Positions 7,647 through 10,052 of a DNA stretch of 10,052 bases are shown here, piece after piece. The position numbers and the translations under genes were made by a program. The first letter of the stretch is position 1, and every line of letters starts with the position of its first letter. Source of the DNA: an uncultured Nitrososphaerales archaeon (lineage in GTDB: Archaea > Thermoproteota > Nitrososphaeria > Nitrososphaerales > Nitrososphaeraceae); contig CAVOHZ010000007.1 of assembly GCA_963695855.1 (NCBI GenBank), positions 1 through 10,052 on the forward strand, written 5' to 3'. The notes below the pieces were generated by a model. The model worked only from the letters and a program-made list of their open reading frames with translations. It made no database searches and was not told where the DNA came from.

Positions 7647-8861
7647 ATGTATAAGAATTTTGAAAATAATAATAAACAATTTAAATCAAAATTAGTTGAA
7701 CATCTAAATGAAACATTATTTATTGAAAATGAATCAATAGGTAGAATAAAATCAAGAATAGAACAGACACCGATTCTAGAAGTAAAACAAAGACTACTTC
7801 AACATTTAGAAGAAACATATAAGCAAAAAAACAGACTAGAGCAAATAATTGTAAAATTATCATCAGAAAAATCTAATAAACATAAAGCAAATTTGTTACC
7901 ATTAACACCTGATTCTTCTAGTATAATAAGAACGAATCTTAAAAATTCAATAAAATCATTACCAAGTAATGATGAAGGTTTCAATCAAAGATTTAAATCT
8001 CTTCCAGAAGAAACTGAATTAACAAGAATTAAGGAAGACTATATAATAGAATATGATGAGGTAGTTACCTATCATAAATTGATACATATTGCAGAAATGA
8101 CAGATTTACCACAACCCAATGATATTATATCTTTACTAAAAGAAAGTATGCAGGAAGAAGAATCAATGGCAAACTGGTATCAAGTACATGTGTCAGTGAT
8201 ACTTGAAAACCTATGGCCAAAGCTGATAAATTCTCCCATAAAGCGAGCTCAAGAATTTCTTCTCAATTATGCGGGTTCTAAAATGCCACTTATTATAATG
8301 TATGCGGATCTGGTTGGATCGACTAATTTGAGTATGACTTTATCCGTAGAAATTCTTATTGCATTAATAAGAGCATTTACTCATGAACTATCAAATGTTG
8401 TAGAAAGATATAATGGTTATGTTCTAAAATATGTAGGAGATGCAGTAATTTCTTTTTTTCCTTATGCCATAGACAACAAATATCAGGTATGCAAGAATTC
8501 AATTGAGTGTGCAAAGTCAATTATAGATGTAATCAATACAGAGATTAATGTAATTTTACATAAAAAATATGGTTATCCAGAATTATTTGTAAAAATAGGT
8601 ATAGATGAAGGAGAAAATGTTGTAATTCAATATGGATATGAAAGAAACTCACTAATTGATATATTAGGATACAGTATGAATGTTGCAGCAAAGATAACTT
8701 CTCTAACCACTGCGAATAGTATATCCATCGGGGAAAATGTGTATCATTTATTGGATCATATCCAACAATCAGAATTTCAAGAGTTGAAAATATCTATCAA
8801 CAATTGGAAATATATCAATCGTGATACGAAAGAACCTTATAGAATTTACAAGATAAAGTAA
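7647..8861 (+). CDS. Fusion of a ferritin-like DUF892/YciF domain and a class III adenylate cyclase, 404 aa
   Basis: N-half has ferritin-like four-helix motifs LNETLFIENES, HLEETYKQKNRLEQI, IIEYDEVVTY and MQEEESMANW. C-half has cyclase motifs MYADLVGST, LKYVGDAV, KIGID and DILGYSMNVAAK. Confidence 0.9.
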   Translation: MYKNFENNNKQFKSKLVEHLNETLFIENESIGRIKSRIEQTPILEVKQRLLQHLEETYKQKNRLEQIIVKLSSEKSNKHKANLLPLTPDSSSIIRTNLKNSIKSLPSNDEGFNQRFKSLPEETELTRIKEDYIIEYDEVVTYHKLIHIAEMTDLPQPNDIISLLKESMQEEESMANWYQVHVSVILENLWPKLINSPIKRAQEFLLNYAGSKMPLIIMYADLVGSTNLSMTLSVEILIALIRAFTHELSNVVERYNGYVLKYVGDAVISFFPYAIDNKYQVCKNSIECAKSIIDVINTEINVILHKKYGYPELFVKIGIDEGENVVIQYGYERNSLIDILGYSMNVAAKITSLTTANSISIGENVYHLLDHIQQSEFQELKISINNWKYINRDTKEPYRIYKIK

Positions 8862-9065
8862 ATTTTTATCTGATTTAATGTCTGTTCTTTTCCAAGCATT
8901 TCAATTTTATACTCATAGCACTCTTTTATTACAGCATTGCCGTATAGTAGAAATTAGAATTTTTATATTGAACTCTAAAGAATGGTGTTATAGAACATAA
9001 TATTATATGAATAAGAATTTGCATTCTAATATTTTAATAAAAATAAAACTTATATAAAAATATAA

Positions 9066-9081
9066 CATACCTTATACCTTA
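9066..9081 (+). repeat. 16-bp direct repeat CATACCTTATACCTTA flanking the IS481 element (partner at 10032-10047)
   Basis: Exact match abutting both IRs; contains two tandem TACCTTA units. Confidence 0.9.
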
Positions 9082-10031
9082 TGTATTATCCCACCACATG
9101 TGTTACACTCCTATTATACACTTGTACTGGTGTCATGTAGTTCAATGACATATGTACTCTTTTATTATTGTAATATTTAATGAATTGCTCATGTCTTTTG
9201 AATCTAGGTCGCTCTACATCATATGTACGATGCCATCTTTCTATTTTACCAAGTGTGGTAGGTTTTCCTATACCACCCATAACATGTTGTATGTCATATT
9301 CTTTGCAGAAAGAATCAAAATCTGACTGTAATTTAGAATGTGAATTATAGAATTGTGAACCATGGTCTGTCAGTATCTGTAATGGTTTTCCATATTTTCT
9401 GATTGTACGCTTCAATAGATAAATAATCTTATCTGATGTACCTTCTACACATTTGATAGATGATAACACATATCTGGTGTGATCATCAAAAATAGATATC
9501 AGCCAAATTCCTTCATTTTCTATAACTTTCAGGTCAATCTGCCACAATTCATTTGGAAATTTACGCTCAAATTGTATGTATTTTCTCTTCTTTCTGGGTT
9601 TGTTGATAGGATTGTTGTTCAATCCGCTTTTGCATAAAATTCTGTATACTGTCATATGTCCTACCTTTATGTTGTATTGGTTCGCAAGAGTTCCTTGTAT
9701 CTTGTGTGGACAGTAATGGTATTTCTTTCTTAACTGTACTACCTTCTGTTCTATCTTTTTATCTGTTCTATGAATTGTATGTGGGTCTTTTAGAATGATC
9801 TTTTAGTCCATTTAATCCCTCTTTCTTGTACCTGTTCCAGTATCTGTAGAAACTCATTCTGGATATGTGTATATGTTTACAGATGTCAGTTACTTTCCAT
9901 CCTCCTTCCAGTTTACGTCTTATACACCATCTTCTTATCTTTTCTAGATCTTGTTTATACTGCATCTAGTGTAACAACACTCCTTACTCTTACCAAGTAA
10001 AAGAGTGTAACAGATGTCATGGGATAATACA
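9082..10031 (-). mobile_element. IS481-family insertion sequence, 950 bp, both ends present
   Basis: 5'-TGT...ACA-3' ends; 29-bp terminal IRs at 9082-9110 and 10003-10031 match at 26/29; flanked by a 16-bp direct repeat. Confidence 0.92.
9086..9965 (-). pseudogene. IS481-family transposase (HTH plus rve integrase core) with a +1 frameshift
   Basis: HTH fragment (ISRMSFYRYWNRYKKEGLNGLKDHSKRP) and DDE core (PNELWQIDLK, FDDHTR, ILTDHGSQF, TLGKIERWHRT, YYNNKRVHMSL). Removing one base from the GGG at 9783-9785 joins them through PHTIHRTDKKIEQKVVQLRKKYHYCPHKI into 292 aa. The stop lies within the IR. Confidence 0.92.
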
Positions 10032-10052
10032 CATACCTTATACCTTAAAGAA

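Noticed and set aside
7799-7984. 61-aa minus-strand ORF
   Set aside because: Antisense shadow inside the ferritin-cyclase gene.
7647-8861. Pycsar-type pyrimidine cyclase defence system
   Set aside because: The Lys/Asp specificity pair indicates ATP, and no adjacent cNMP-binding TIR or transmembrane effector gene is present.
51-10031. Composite transposon formed by the two IS elements
   Set aside because: They belong to different families and each has its own target duplication, indicating independent insertions.

Overview
AT-rich accessory region, most likely from an ammonia-oxidising archaeon of the Nitrososphaeraceae (inferred from the transposase, DUF892 and cyclase styles, not proven). 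It is bracketed by two complete insertion sequences: an IS5-family (ISH1-like) element at 51-1068 with an 8-bp target duplication, and a frameshifted IS481-family element at 9082-10031 flanked by an unusually long 16-bp direct repeat. Between them, in order: a GC-richer, probably horizontally acquired gene for a polyglycine-hydrolase-like protein (five tandem repeats plus a beta-lactamase-fold serine hydrolase); a decayed unknown gene; a VapBC toxin-antitoxin pair with an interrupted PIN toxin; two copies of a tRNA 3'-end-plus-trailer sequence (att-like scars) enclosing a ~1.2 kb cassette with a DUF1453/CcdC-like membrane protein and a zinc-ribbon ORF; a small secreted Pro-rich protein; and a fusion of a ferritin-like DUF892 domain to a class III adenylate cyclase. 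The strongest novelty candidates are the ferritin-cyclase fusion, the tRNA-end-bounded mini-cassette and the archaeal polyglycine-hydrolase-like enzyme. Several single-base indels could be real decay or long-read assembly errors.
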